Shown in pieces: positions 46,649 through 57,262 of a DNA stretch of 60,528 nucleotides. The DNA comes from a bacterium (GTDB lineage Bacteria; Sysuimicrobiota; Sysuimicrobiia; Sysuimicrobiales; Humicultoraceae): assembly GCA_041497675.1 (NCBI GenBank), contig JBGQGY010000007.1, positions 1 through 60,528 on the forward strand. The letters run 5' to 3'. Under the pieces are notes generated by a model, which was not told the DNA's origin, ran no database searches, and saw nothing but the letters and a program-made list of their open reading frames with translations. The first letter of the stretch is position 1. Each line of letters starts with the position of its first letter. Position numbers and translations under genes: made by a program.

Positions 46649-46930
46649 GTGGCGGACCCGGTTCAGGTCGAGATCCAACCCACTCCAAACGTGAACGCGC
46701 TGAAGTTCGTGGTGAACCGGCGCGTGACAGAGGGACGGAGCCAGACGTTCCGATCGTCCGAGGACGCCGGGGTGCACCCGCTTGCCGTCAGGCTGTTTGC
46801 CATTCCCGGCGTCGTGCAGGTGTTCTTGCTCAACGACTTTCTGACCGTGACGCGTGACCCGTCCCAGCCGTGGGACGAGATTGCCGCCGCGGCCCAGGTG
46901 GTCATCCGCGAACATTTCGAACGCAACTGA
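46649..46930 (+). CDS. NifU/Nfu N-terminal scaffold-like domain protein
   Basis: QPTPN.NALKF, PLA..LF.IPGV..VF...DFLTVT....W. SD AGGAGG. Confidence 0.85.
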   Translation: MADPVQVEIQPTPNVNALKFVVNRRVTEGRSQTFRSSEDAGVHPLAVRLFAIPGVVQVFLLNDFLTVTRDPSQPWDEIAAAAQVVIREHFERN

Positions 46931-46945
46931 CTGGGAGGGATCGTT

Positions 46946-47389
46946 GTGGCAGCCAAGCCCTATGAAGTGATCGCCAAATGCACGATGGTTGGACTACCGG
47001 CCGCATCGGATATCGTGGCGGTCGGCGAGCGCTTAGAGAAGGCGCGGCGCCACGCCCACGGCGTCGTACGCGCGGTCGCGCAGCCACCCGCGGTGTTTCG
47101 AGACGGTGGCTACGTTGTCGAGGCCCGTATCGTGACGTGGGCCGATGACGGTGACGCCGCACTGCGGGCCGCGGAGGGTCTCTTCGAGGCGGCAAAAGTG
47201 GTTTGCGCCGATCTGTACCTGTCGGGACGCACGCTGAGCGAAGCCGATGCGCCACGACCGGTGGCGGCGCGCACCTCAGCGCCGCGAAAACCCGCTCCGG
47301 CGGCGAAGCCCAAGACGTCTGTGAGAGGACGGACGGCGAAGGGTGGAACCGTGAAAGGACGAACCACGAAACGCCGGGGCCGGCGTTAG
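46946..47389 (+). CDS. Hypothetical protein with Lys/Arg/Pro/Ala-rich C-terminal tail
   Basis: SD GGGAGG. Globular N-part followed by APRKPAPAAKPKTSVRGRTAKGGTVKGRTTKRRGRR. Confidence 0.65.
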   Translation: MAAKPYEVIAKCTMVGLPAASDIVAVGERLEKARRHAHGVVRAVAQPPAVFRDGGYVVEARIVTWADDGDAALRAAEGLFEAAKVVCADLYLSGRTLSEADAPRPVAARTSAPRKPAPAAKPKTSVRGRTAKGGTVKGRTTKRRGRR

Positions 47390-47390
47390 G

Positions 47391-48623
47391 CTAGATTCCT
47401 TCCTCGATCAACCACGCAGGATTTTCGAGGAGCTGGCGCACTTCGCGCAAGAACTGTGCCGACTCGGCCCCGTCGGTCACCCGATGGTCGGACGAGAGCG
47501 TGAGTTGCATGATCGTCGCGACCTCGACGTGGCCGTCCTTCACGACCGCCTGAGGCTTCGCCGAGGCCACCGCAAGAACCGCGGCCTGGGGCGGCGTGAT
47601 GATCGCTGCGAAGACGTCCACGTCGAACATCCCCAGATTGCTGACGGTGAAGGTGCCCCCTGTCAGGTCCTCTGATGTGAGGTGTCCGGCGCGCGCCCGC
47701 TCGGCTAGGGTCTTGGCTTCCTGCGCGATCTGCCACAGGGGTTTCCTGTCGCAGTGGTGCAGCACGGGTGAGATCAAGCCGTCCGGCAGCGACACGGCCA
47801 CGTTGATGTTGATCTCACCGGGATGCCGGATGGCGTTGCCGACGAAGGATGCGTTCAGGTTTGGATACTTGACCAGCGCCAGGGCCGCCGCTTTGACGAC
47901 GAGGTCGTTGACCGAAACCTTGCGCTCGGGTCCAAGCCGGTCGTTGAGCTCGCGGCGGACGTCCATGGCGGTGTCCATCCTGACCGACGCCGTGAGGTAG
48001 ATGTGCGGTGTGGTTTGTTTGCTCTCCGTCATGCGACGGGCAATCGTCTGCCGCATGCGGGTGAGCGCGACGTCCCGGGCCCCGGCCGGCGTGGGGCCCG
48101 CCGGTGCCGGGCCGGCCGCCGGGGTCGCCGCACGGGCCGACACCGCCGCCTCGACGTCCCCCTCCGTGATGCGACCCTGCGGACCGGTGCCGGTGATCGA
48201 CTGCAGCGAAATAGCGTGCTGCTCGGCCAAACGCCGCGCGAGCGGAGAGGCGCGGACCTGACCTGCCGCGTCGGGTGCGGGCTGCGTGGCCGCGGGACGG
48301 GGAGCGTGCGCAGCCTGCGCGGGACCCGCCGGTGCGCCCCCGCCAGGTGCTGCGCTCCGTGCCGGTGCCGATGCGTCGATCTGCTCGCCCGGCCGCGCGA
48401 TCACCGCGATGGGAGAGCCAACCGGCACGACGTCACCCGCGCCGGCGACCAGCCGGGCCAAGACACCGTCCCACTCGGCCTCGATGTCGACGTTGACCTT
48501 GTCGGTCTCGATCTCGGCGATGGGCTCGCCCTTCTTCACGGTATCGCCCTGCTGCTTGATCCATCGGAGGAGCTTGCCCTCGGTCATCGCGTCGCCCATC
48601 TTTGGCATGATGACTTCAGGCAT
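47391..48623 (-). CDS. pdhC: Dihydrolipoamide acetyltransferase (E2)
   Basis: Lipoyl domain EIETDKV, E3-binding ASPLARRLA...GTGPQGRI, catalytic DHRVTDG. Confidence 0.92.
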   Translation of the reverse strand: MPEVIMPKMGDAMTEGKLLRWIKQQGDTVKKGEPIAEIETDKVNVDIEAEWDGVLARLVAGAGDVVPVGSPIAVIARPGEQIDASAPARSAAPGGGAPAGPAQAAHAPRPAATQPAPDAAGQVRASPLARRLAEQHAISLQSITGTGPQGRITEGDVEAAVSARAATPAAGPAPAGPTPAGARDVALTRMRQTIARRMTESKQTTPHIYLTASVRMDTAMDVRRELNDRLGPERKVSVNDLVVKAAALALVKYPNLNASFVGNAIRHPGEININVAVSLPDGLISPVLHHCDRKPLWQIAQEAKTLAERARAGHLTSEDLTGGTFTVSNLGMFDVDVFAAIITPPQAAVLAVASAKPQAVVKDGHVEVATIMQLTLSSDHRVTDGAESAQFLREVRQLLENPAWLIEEGI

Positions 48624-49611
48624 GGCTGGCCCCCTCGCGATAGAGGGTCCGGCGGACCGCCGCGACAATGTGCTCTTCGTGTGGGAGCGCCAGGAGTTCG
48701 AGGTTGCGTGCGTAGGGCATGGGGACGTCGGCGCCGGTCACCCGCTCGACCGGGGCATCCAGCAGATCGAACGCGCCCTCCATGATCGTCGCCGAGATCT
48801 CCGCGGCCGCGCCGTAGGGCTTCCACTCTTCTTGGACCACCACGGCGCGATGCGTGTGGCTCACCGACGTGATGATGGCATCGCGGTCGAGAGGGCGCAG
48901 CGATCGCAGGTTGATCACCTCGGCCTCGATGCCGTCCTCGGCCAGGGTGGCCGCGGCGGCCAGCGCGACCTGCAGCATCCGGCTGAAGGCGACGATGGTG
49001 ACGTCCCGACCCGGCCGCGCGATCTCGGCTTTGCCAAACGGCACCGTAAAATCCCCGTCGGGGACTTCACCTTTGATGTTGTAGAGCGCGGCGTGCTCGA
49101 GAAAGATCACCGGGTCCTTCCCGCGGATCGCGGTCCGCAAAAGGCCCTTGGCGTCGGCCGGCGTCGCCGGCGCCACGACGCGCAAACCCGGCACGTGCGC
49201 GTAGAAGACCTCGATGCTCTGTGAGTGCTGCGCTGAGAGCTGCACGCCCGCGCCGTTGGGCCCGCGCACCACGAGCGGCACGTCCACCTGACCGCCGGAG
49301 AAGTAGCGGATCTTCGCGGCATTGTTCACGATCTGGTCGAACGCCAGCAGCGAGAAGTTCCAGGTCATCATTTCGACGACGGGGCGCAGACCGAGCATCG
49401 CCATGCCGATCGCGCTGCCCACAAAGCCCTCTTCTGAGATCGGGGTGTCGATGACCCGCGTCGGCCCATACTTCGCCAGCAGATCGGCCGTGATGCGAAA
49501 CGTGCCCTGATAGAGGCCGATGTCTTCCCCCATCAGGACTACCGACGAATCGCGGTCCATCTCTCCGATCAACGCCGAGCGGATGGCATCGCGGTAGGTC
49601 TGTTCCGGCAC
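48616..49611 (-). CDS. pdhB: Pyruvate dehydrogenase E1 beta subunit
   Basis: GEDIG, DTPISE, GLRPVVE, AQHSQ, LDAPVERV. Confidence 0.9.
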   Translation of the reverse strand: MPEQTYRDAIRSALIGEMDRDSSVVLMGEDIGLYQGTFRITADLLAKYGPTRVIDTPISEEGFVGSAIGMAMLGLRPVVEMMTWNFSLLAFDQIVNNAAKIRYFSGGQVDVPLVVRGPNGAGVQLSAQHSQSIEVFYAHVPGLRVVAPATPADAKGLLRTAIRGKDPVIFLEHAALYNIKGEVPDGDFTVPFGKAEIARPGRDVTIVAFSRMLQVALAAAATLAEDGIEAEVINLRSLRPLDRDAIITSVSHTHRAVVVQEEWKPYGAAAEISATIMEGAFDLLDAPVERVTGADVPMPYARNLELLALPHEEHIVAAVRRTLYREGASHA

Positions 49612-49614
49612 CGG

Positions 49615-50685
49615 CTACGTCTCCTCGCCGTAGAGGTGCGCGTACAGATCCTCGGGGGGTGGGGCGGGGCTCTCTTCGGCGAACTGGACGGCCTCGGTCG
49701 CGATCTGCTCGGCCTCCGCTTGAATCGCGGCGATCTTCGCGTCGTCGAGGAGCCCCGCCTCACGGAGGTGGTGCTCCAGCGTCACGATCGGATCTCTGCG
49801 GCGGTGGGTCTCGACCTCGTCTTTGTCGCGGTAGGGCTGGAACATATCGGCGGCGCCGTGCCCGGCAAAGCGATATGTGACCGCCTCAATGGCATACGGC
49901 CGCCCGGTCGCGCGAACGTCGGCGGCGACGCGCGCCGCTGTCTGCCGGACCGTCAGGAAGTCCATGCCGTCGATGCGCTCGTTGGGGATCGCATACTGGT
50001 TGAAGCGCGAGGCCAGGTCGGTCACGGCGGACGAGCGGGTGACCGAGGTGCCCATCGCATACTCGTTGTTCTCGACGACGATGACCAGCGGGCAGAGGCC
50101 TTCTTTGCCCCACAAGCCGGCAAGATTCATCGGCTCGTGGAACCCGCCGCTGTTCATCGCCCCGTCCCCGAGAAACAGGAGGCACACCTTGTCGGTCCCT
50201 TTGTACCGCAGCGCGTAGGCGGCGCCCACGGCCAGCGGGATATGCGCACCGACGATCCCATATCCACCGTAGAACCCGCGCGAGACGTCGAACAGGTGCA
50301 TCGAACCACCCTTGCCGCGGGCCAGGCCGGTGGCCTTGCCGTACAACTCGGCCATGACCGCACCGGGAGGAGCGCCGCGGAAGAGGGCGTGCGCGTGGTC
50401 GCGATAGGCGGTAAAGAAGATGTCCGCAGGGCGCAGTTCAGCGAGCATGCCGGCGGCCACGGCTTCTTGTCCGGAGTACACATGCAGGTAGCCGCCGATC
50501 TTCCCGCGGCGAAAACCCCGCTCGGTCTCTTCTTCGAACCGGCGGGCGACCACCATCTGCCGGTACCAGTGGAGAGCCGAGGCCAGATCGACGCTCTCAC
50601 GCACACCGGTGGCCACGGCCTGGCCTCCCGCGGAACGCGGCGTCAGACCGCCGGGATTCTCATTGTGGCTGGTGCGATCGGCCAT
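49615..50685 (-). CDS. pdhA: Pyruvate dehydrogenase E1 alpha subunit
   Basis: GYLH.YSGQEA, YRDH, GKGGSMH, TPP motif GDGA...N. Start 50685 or 50697. Confidence 0.9.
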   Translation of the reverse strand: MADRTSHNENPGGLTPRSAGGQAVATGVRESVDLASALHWYRQMVVARRFEEETERGFRRGKIGGYLHVYSGQEAVAAGMLAELRPADIFFTAYRDHAHALFRGAPPGAVMAELYGKATGLARGKGGSMHLFDVSRGFYGGYGIVGAHIPLAVGAAYALRYKGTDKVCLLFLGDGAMNSGGFHEPMNLAGLWGKEGLCPLVIVVENNEYAMGTSVTRSSAVTDLASRFNQYAIPNERIDGMDFLTVRQTAARVAADVRATGRPYAIEAVTYRFAGHGAADMFQPYRDKDEVETHRRRDPIVTLEHHLREAGLLDDAKIAAIQAEAEQIATEAVQFAEESPAPPPEDLYAHLYGEET

Positions 50686-50846
50686 GCCGTCGCTCACTCC
50701 TCACAGTGCTACGTGCCCACATCATGCACGGTCGCGCCGCCTGGCACACTTCCTAACTATACCAAATACAAGCAATGCGCCGTTCACCAATCATCGTCCT
50801 GCCTCACGACCGCCCAGTCAACCGGTCCGCGCGCTCGGTGATGCGC

Positions 50847-50852
50847 TATAAT
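50847..50852 (+). promoter_or_regulatory. -10 element upstream of adenosine deaminase
   Basis: Consensus TATAAT 23 nt before the GTG start. Confidence 0.5.
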
Positions 50853-50875
50853 GGCAGCGCGCACCGGAGGATTCT

Positions 50876-51913
50876 GTGGGCGAGCATTCCGCGGCCGACA
50901 CGATCGCATCGATTCCCAAGGTTGAACTCCACGTGCACCTCGAAACCTCACTGCGTCTGCGGCGGGTCTCCCAACGTCGCGGCCAGGACGCCGGACCGAT
51001 CGAAGACGCCCACTTGGTCGCGGATCCCGCGCTCTTCTCCGGGTACGACCGGCTGCGGCGCTTGCGGTATGCGGGTCGTGCCGGCAGGATTCCCGACGCG
51101 CTCTACACGCTCGCCAACATCGCGACGATCACGGCGGAACTCGTCGCAGAGGCCGCCGCGCAGTCAAGCCGCTACATTGAAGTACGCGTCGGCGGCCGGC
51201 GAGGTTTCACCTTGCTCGGCGTGCGCGGGATGTTGGAGGCCATGGCGGAAGGCGCCGGCTCCGTCCGTCATCTGGGCGTCGCGTATGGCGCCATTGTGAC
51301 CGTCGTGCGTGAACGCGGCCCCGAAGAGGCCGAACAGTTGGTGATGGAGGCCGTGGCGTGCCGCGACTGCGGTGTGGTTGGTATCGATCTGGCCGGTGAC
51401 GAGGAGAACTATCCGCCCGGTTTGTTCACCCGCGCGCTCGCCAAGGCCCGAACCGCGGGGTTGGGTGTCATGGTGCACGCGGGCGAGTTCGCCGGACCGG
51501 CCGGCATGTGGACGGCGATCTATCAGCTGGGAGCGTCCCGCATCGGCCACGGCATCAGGGCGGCGGACGATGCGCCGTTGCTCGAGCTGCTGCGCGAGCG
51601 GCACGTCACGTTGGAACTCTGCCCGACGAGCAACGTGCGGTTGGGGTTGATCCCCTCCCTGGCCCAACATCCCATCCGCCGGCTGCTCGACGCTGGGGTC
51701 GCGGTCACGGTCAACAGCGACGACCCCGTATTGCTGGGGACGACTCTGACGCGTGAGTTGACCGCCGTCGCCCGGGCGCACCGGTTGAGTCAGGAGGCGC
51801 TTGTCGACCTTCAGGCCAACGCCGCACGGGCCGCGTTCCTTCCGCAAGAAGGTCGTGAGAGCCTCGAACGCCGCGTGCGATCAGGCGCGAAAACCCTCGG
51901 CTTGATATCTTGA
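50876..51913 (+). CDS. add: Adenosine/adenine deaminase
   Basis: PKVELHVHLE, GIDLAGDE, HAGE, RIGHG, LCPTSN, NSDDP. Confidence 0.85.
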   Translation: MGEHSAADTIASIPKVELHVHLETSLRLRRVSQRRGQDAGPIEDAHLVADPALFSGYDRLRRLRYAGRAGRIPDALYTLANIATITAELVAEAAAQSSRYIEVRVGGRRGFTLLGVRGMLEAMAEGAGSVRHLGVAYGAIVTVVRERGPEEAEQLVMEAVACRDCGVVGIDLAGDEENYPPGLFTRALAKARTAGLGVMVHAGEFAGPAGMWTAIYQLGASRIGHGIRAADDAPLLELLRERHVTLELCPTSNVRLGLIPSLAQHPIRRLLDAGVAVTVNSDDPVLLGTTLTRELTAVARAHRLSQEALVDLQANAARAAFLPQEGRESLERRVRSGAKTLGLIS

Positions 51914-51938
51914 CTAATTCACTATAGAATTCGATTAG
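51902..51938 (+). promoter_or_regulatory. Promoter and probable operator of the suf operon
   Basis: TTGATA-17nt-TAGAAT (51902-51930), overlapped by AT-rich imperfect palindromes (AATTC..GAATT; CTAAT..ATTAG). Confidence 0.6.
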
Positions 51939-51976
51939 GCACCTGCTCATAGGTGCGCCGGAACGCGGAGGCGGGC

Positions 51977-52810
51977 ATGGCCGATTTGGTCATCCGCGAC
52001 CTGCAGGTTCAGGTCGAGGAAAAGGTGATTCTCAAGGGTGTGAGCCTCGAGGTCAGCCGCGGGGAGATTCACGCCATCATGGGGCCAAACGGCTCGGGGA
52101 AGAGCACGCTGGCCAACGTCTTGATGGGGAACCCGTTCTACCAGGTCACCCGTGGCGACGTGCTCTACAAGGGCGAAGATCTCCTGGCCATGGCGCCCGA
52201 CGAGCGCGCCAAAAGAGGGCTGTTCATCGCCTTCCAGTACCCCGTCAGCATTCCGGGCGTCACGATGGCGTCGTTTCTGCGCACCGCGATCTCGGCGCGC
52301 CGGGGGTACACGAACGAACTGATACCGCTTGGCGAGTTCCAGAAGATCCTCAAGGCGAAGCTCGATGCGCTGAAGATCCTCGACCCGGCAATCGTGGGGC
52401 GGTACGTCAATGAGGGGTTCTCCGGCGGGGAGAAGAAGCGGGCCGAGATCTTGCAGATGGCCATTCTCGAACCCGAGATCGCGATCATGGACGAGACCGA
52501 CTCGGGGCTCGACATCGACTCGGTCAAGGTGGTGGCCGACGGTATCCTCGAAATGTACCGAGCGGCCAAGGGCGGGATGGGGGTGCTTGTGATCACCCAC
52601 TACTCGCGGATCCTCCAGTTCTTGAAGCCGACGTTCGTCCACATCATGTATGACGGCCGCATCGTCGTGTCAGGCGGCCCCGAACTGGCCGAGGAACTTG
52701 AGCAGCACGGGTACGAGGGCATCCGGGCGCAGTTCGAGGTCATCGCGGCCGAAGTGCAAGAGGAGGGCGCGGTCCGGCGCGCCGGCAAGGTCTTCTGGGT
52801 CGTACACTAG
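51977..52810 (+). CDS. sufC: Fe-S cluster assembly ATPase
   Basis: [39 protein letters not shown]. Confidence 0.95.
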   Translation: MADLVIRDLQVQVEEKVILKGVSLEVSRGEIHAIMGPNGSGKSTLANVLMGNPFYQVTRGDVLYKGEDLLAMAPDERAKRGLFIAFQYPVSIPGVTMASFLRTAISARRGYTNELIPLGEFQKILKAKLDALKILDPAIVGRYVNEGFSGGEKKRAEILQMAILEPEIAIMDETDSGLDIDSVKVVADGILEMYRAAKGGMGVLVITHYSRILQFLKPTFVHIMYDGRIVVSGGPELAEELEQHGYEGIRAQFEVIAAEVQEEGAVRRAGKVFWVVH

Positions 52811-52833
52811 AGCCGAGGAGCCGAGGAGCGCAC

Positions 52834-54240
52834 ATGGCCACCACGAGTCCGCTGGGCATCGATCTCGACACCTACAAGTGGGGGTTCCGCGATCCCGAGA
52901 ACCTGGTCTTCAAGGCCCGCAAGGGTCTCGACCGGGACACCGTGGAGATGATCTCCCACATGAAGAGCGAGCCCGACTGGATGCGGGCGTTTCGCCTCCA
53001 CTCGTACGAGCACTTCCAGCGACGGCCGATGCCCACATGGGGCGCCGACCTCGGGAAAATCAACCTGGATGAGATCTACTACTACCTGAAGCCCTCCGAC
53101 GGGAAGGGCCGCACGTGGGACGACGTCCCGGCGGACATCAAGCGGACCTTCGACCGGCTGGGCATCCCGGAGGCTGAGAAGAAGTACCTGGCCGGCGTCG
53201 GCGCGCAGTACGAGAGCGAGTCCGTCTATCACAACCTGAAGGAAGAGTGGGAAAAGCTCGGGGTCATCTTCCTGGATACCGACTCGGCGCTGAAGCAGTA
53301 CCCTGACCTCTTCCAGGAATACTTCGGCACCGTCGTCCCGCCGGAGGACAACAAAATCGCGGCGCTCAACAGCGCGGTCTGGTCTGGTGGCTCGTTCGTC
53401 TACGTGCCCGAGGGCGTCAAAGTCGATATCCCGCTGCAGGCGTACTTCCGGATCAACGCGGAGAAGGCCGGCCAGTTCGAGCGGACGCTGATCATCTGTG
53501 AGCCCGGTTCCTACGTCCACTACGTGGAGGGCTGCACGGCGCCGGTCTACACGACCGACGCCCTCCATTCCGCGGTGGTGGAGATCATCGTCAAGGAAGG
53601 CGCACGCTGCCGCTACACGACGATCCAGAACTGGTCGAAGAACGTCTACAACCTGGTGACGAAGCGGGCGGTCGCGTATCGCGACGCCACGATGGAGTGG
53701 GTCGACGGGAATTTGGGCTCAAAACTCACGATGAAGTACCCGTCCGTCTACATGGTCGAGCCCGGCGCAAAGGCCGAGATCCTTTCGATAGCCTTCGCCG
53801 GCGCCGGCCAGCAGCAGGACCCGGGTGGGAAGGTCATCCACGCGGCGCCGCACACACAGTCCAGCATCGTCAGCAAGTCGATCAGCAAGGACGGCGGCCG
53901 GGCCGGGTATCGCGGCTTGGTCAAAGTGTATTCCGGCGCCAAGGGGAGCAAGTGTGCCGTGCGCTGCGACGCGCTGATCCTGGACGAGAAGAGCCGGTCC
54001 GACACGTATCCGTACATGGAGATCGATGAGCAGGATGTCTCCGTGACTCACGAGGCCACGGTGTCAAAGGTGAGCGACGAGCAGCTCTTCTACCTGATGA
54101 GCCGCGGCATCAAAGCCGACGAGGCCATGAACATGATCGTCCGCGGCTTCATTGAGCCGATCGTCAAAGAACTGCCGCTAGAATACGCGGTCGAATTGAA
54201 CCGGCTCATTGCGATGGAGATGGAAGGCTCGGTGGGATAG
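52834..54240 (+). CDS. sufB: Fe-S cluster assembly protein SufB
   Basis: [37 protein letters not shown]. Confidence 0.96.
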   Translation: MATTSPLGIDLDTYKWGFRDPENLVFKARKGLDRDTVEMISHMKSEPDWMRAFRLHSYEHFQRRPMPTWGADLGKINLDEIYYYLKPSDGKGRTWDDVPADIKRTFDRLGIPEAEKKYLAGVGAQYESESVYHNLKEEWEKLGVIFLDTDSALKQYPDLFQEYFGTVVPPEDNKIAALNSAVWSGGSFVYVPEGVKVDIPLQAYFRINAEKAGQFERTLIICEPGSYVHYVEGCTAPVYTTDALHSAVVEIIVKEGARCRYTTIQNWSKNVYNLVTKRAVAYRDATMEWVDGNLGSKLTMKYPSVYMVEPGAKAEILSIAFAGAGQQQDPGGKVIHAAPHTQSSIVSKSISKDGGRAGYRGLVKVYSGAKGSKCAVRCDALILDEKSRSDTYPYMEIDEQDVSVTHEATVSKVSDEQLFYLMSRGIKADEAMNMIVRGFIEPIVKELPLEYAVELNRLIAMEMEGSVG

Positions 54241-54301
54241 CCGGACCGCGCGGATCGGGCAGGCCGACGATGCGCGTTGACCGCTACAGTGGAGGGGAAG
54301 A

Positions 54302-55639
54302 GTGAGCGAACGAGCCACGGCTGCAATGCCCGCGCAGGCCGGTGGGCTCCTGGCCCGGGCCGCTGAAGGCATCCGCAGGGCCGGTGAGCCGGCCTGGCTG
54401 ACCGAGCGACGTCTCGCGGCCTGGAAGGCGTTTGAGGAGCTGCCGCCGCCTCAAGAGGTGTACGTCGAGGAGTGGCGGCGTACCAACATCTCCGGGCTCC
54501 AGCTGGACACCTTCGCGTCGCCCCGGTCCGCCGGTGAGACCTCGCCGCCACCCGACCTTGCCGCCTTCTCCGGAACCGACGCCGACCGCGGGGGTCTCCT
54601 GGTCCACGTTGATGGCGGCACCGTGGCGCGCACCCTGAACGAAGACGCCAAACGGCGTGGCGTGCTGTTCATGAATCTGTTGGAGGCCGCCGCGTCGCAC
54701 CCCGATCTGGTGCGGAGCCACCTGTTCGCCACGCTCGGCGACGACTTTGACCGCCACAGGTTTCGGGCGCTCCACGCGGCGCTGTGGTCGACCGGCACAC
54801 TGGTCTACATCCCCAAAGGGGTGGAGGTCAGCCTGCCGCTCGTGGCCCAGACGTGGCTGGGCACGCCGGGCGGCGCGATCTTCCCGCATACGCTCGTGAT
54901 CGCCGAGGAGGGCAGCAAGGCGACGCTGGTCGATCTCTACGCGTCGGTGTCCGAAGGCGCGCGCACGTTTGCCTGCGGGATGACCGAATTGATGCTCAAG
55001 CCCGGCGCGCAGTTTCGCTATGTGGTCTCTCAGGAGTGGGGCGCGCCGATGTGGGAGGTGGGCAGCCTGATCCGGGCGCGGGTGGAGCGCGATGCGACCC
55101 TGAACGGGCTCGTCGTGGCGTTGGGCGGCAGCCTGGTGAAGTTCGACGTCGAGTCTCAGCTGGCCGGCACCGGCGCGTCATCCGAAATGCTCGGTCTGTA
55201 CTTCGGGGCCGGACGCCAGCATATCGATATCCATACGCTGCAACAGCACCAGGCCCCCAACACGCTCAGCGACCTGCTGTACAAGGGCGCGGTCAAAGAC
55301 ACGGCCCGCTCGGTGTTTGCGGGGCTCATCCGCGTGGACTGGGGCGCGCAGAAGACCAACGCGTTTCAGGCGAACCGCAATCTCATCCTGTCCGAGGGCG
55401 CGCGATCCGACTCGATCCCCAAACTCGAGATCATGGCCAACGATCTGCGCTGCACGCACGGGTCGGCCACGAGCCGGCTCAACGAGGAGCACATCTTCTA
55501 CTTGATGAGCCGGGGATTGTCGCGCGACCAGGCGACCCGGCTCATCGTCGAAGGGTTCCTCGCCGACGTCTTCGACCGGATCCCCCTGGAGCGCGTGCGC
55601 GCGCACGTCGAGAAAGCGATCACGGAGAAGTTGCGCTGA
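54302..55639 (+). CDS. sufD: Fe-S cluster assembly protein SufD
   Basis: EEWRRT, LYKG.V....RSVF.G.I, AQKT.A.Q.NRNL.LS, P.LEI.A.D..CTHG, FYL.SRG. Confidence 0.93.
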   Translation: MSERATAAMPAQAGGLLARAAEGIRRAGEPAWLTERRLAAWKAFEELPPPQEVYVEEWRRTNISGLQLDTFASPRSAGETSPPPDLAAFSGTDADRGGLLVHVDGGTVARTLNEDAKRRGVLFMNLLEAAASHPDLVRSHLFATLGDDFDRHRFRALHAALWSTGTLVYIPKGVEVSLPLVAQTWLGTPGGAIFPHTLVIAEEGSKATLVDLYASVSEGARTFACGMTELMLKPGAQFRYVVSQEWGAPMWEVGSLIRARVERDATLNGLVVALGGSLVKFDVESQLAGTGASSEMLGLYFGAGRQHIDIHTLQQHQAPNTLSDLLYKGAVKDTARSVFAGLIRVDWGAQKTNAFQANRNLILSEGARSDSIPKLEIMANDLRCTHGSATSRLNEEHIFYLMSRGLSRDQATRLIVEGFLADVFDRIPLERVRAHVEKAITEKLR

Positions 55640-55983
55640 TGGCCGAGTTTGTGAAGGTCCTGACGCTGGCGGATCTCCCGCCGGGGACGGCCCGGAAAGT
55701 GGAGGTCGACGGCCGCCAGATCGCGGTGGTGAACGCCCGCGGGACGGTGTACGCGGTCGACGACACCTGCACGCACGAGGACGAGTCGTTGTCCGAGGGT
55801 CCCGTTCTCGGCGAGATCCTCGTCTGCCCAAAACATGGGTCGCGCTTTCACGTCCCGACGGGTCGCGTCTTGTCGCTGCCGGCGGTTCGTCCCGTGAACA
55901 CCTACGCGGTCAGGGTCGAAGGCGACGAGATCCTGGTGTCGCCGGAGCCCCGACCGGGCCACGGGATGCCGCACAAGCGGTAA
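55639..55983 (+). CDS. Rieske-type [2Fe-2S] ferredoxin
   Basis: CTH...CPKHGSRF motifs. TGATG coupling with sufD. Confidence 0.9.
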   Translation: MAEFVKVLTLADLPPGTARKVEVDGRQIAVVNARGTVYAVDDTCTHEDESLSEGPVLGEILVCPKHGSRFHVPTGRVLSLPAVRPVNTYAVRVEGDEILVSPEPRPGHGMPHKR

Positions 55984-55999
55984 ACTGGGGGGGATCCCC

Positions 56000-57262
56000 A
56001 TGGAGCTGGGTGCGCGCATCCGCGCCGATTTCCCGTTGCTCGGCCGGTTGATGAACGGCAAACCTCTCGTCTATCTCGACAGCGCCGCGACGTCTCAGAA
56101 GCCCCGCGCCGTGCTTGACGCCCTGCTCGAGTACTATGAGAACTATAACGCCAACGTGCACCGCGGCATCTACCAGATCGCCGAAGAGGCGACCGCGCGG
56201 TACGAGGGGTCCCGAGCAAAACTGGCGGTCTTCCTGGGCGCGGCGCGGTCAGAGGAGATCGTCTTTACCCGGGGTACCACGGAGGCCATCAACCTGGTGG
56301 CCTCCGCCTGGGGCCGGGCGAACATCGGACCCGGCGACGAGATCGTGCTCTCGGTGATGGAGCATCACAGTAACATCGTGCCCTGGCAGCTGCTGGCGGC
56401 GGAACGCGGCGCGCGGTTGCGTTACATCCCTGTCACTGATGATGGGCGGCTTGATCTCTCGGCCTACGAGCGGCTGCTTGGGCCGCGTACGAAACTTGTC
56501 AGCGTCACGCACCAGTCGAATGTGCTCGGGACGGTGAACCCCATCAGGATGATGGCGGAGCGCGCCCACAGCGTGGGCGCGCTGATACTGGTCGATGCGG
56601 CGCAAAGTGTTCCCCACCAAGCCGTGAACGTGGCCGCATTGGGTGCCGACTTCCTGGCATTTTCCGGGCACAAGATGCTCGGGCCGACGGGGAGTGGGGG
56701 GCTCTGGGCCCGCTATGAACTCCTTGAAGCGATGCCGCCGTATCATGGCGGTGGTGAGATGATCATGAAGGTCGAGTTGGAGCACTCGACGTTTAAGGAC
56801 CCGCCGCACAAGTTCGAAGCCGGGACGCCCAACATCGCCGACAGCATCGTCTTGGGGGTCGCGGCGGACTACCTGCTCGGTATTGGATTCGACGCGATCG
56901 CCCGGGCGGAGCGCGACTTGACCGCGTACGGGCTGCGACGGCTGCGTGAGGTGCCCGGGTTGACGATCCTGGGGCCGCACGATACAGCCGACCGGGGGGG
57001 CGCACTAGCCTTTACGATGGACGTCGTCCACCCGCACGACATCGCCCAGGTGCTCGATCAGGATGGGATCGCGATCCGCGCGGGACACCATTGCGCCGAG
57101 CCGCTGCACCGGCGCTTCAACATTGCCGCGTCGGCCCGCGCGAGTCTGCAGATCTACAACACCCGCGAGGATATCGACGCGCTGATCGCGGGGCTGCACA
57201 AGGTGAACCGGCTCTTTGGCCGCAGCACGCGTGTAAAGGAGGAAGTCGGTGGCGCTGGATGA
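56000..57262 (+). CDS. sufS: Cysteine desulfurase
   Basis: YLDSAATSQKP, EHHSN, SGHKM, EAGTP, RAGHHCA. Confidence 0.95.
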   Translation: MELGARIRADFPLLGRLMNGKPLVYLDSAATSQKPRAVLDALLEYYENYNANVHRGIYQIAEEATARYEGSRAKLAVFLGAARSEEIVFTRGTTEAINLVASAWGRANIGPGDEIVLSVMEHHSNIVPWQLLAAERGARLRYIPVTDDGRLDLSAYERLLGPRTKLVSVTHQSNVLGTVNPIRMMAERAHSVGALILVDAAQSVPHQAVNVAALGADFLAFSGHKMLGPTGSGGLWARYELLEAMPPYHGGGEMIMKVELEHSTFKDPPHKFEAGTPNIADSIVLGVAADYLLGIGFDAIARAERDLTAYGLRRLREVPGLTILGPHDTADRGGALAFTMDVVHPHDIAQVLDQDGIAIRAGHHCAEPLHRRFNIAASARASLQIYNTREDIDALIAGLHKVNRLFGRSTRVKEEVGGAG

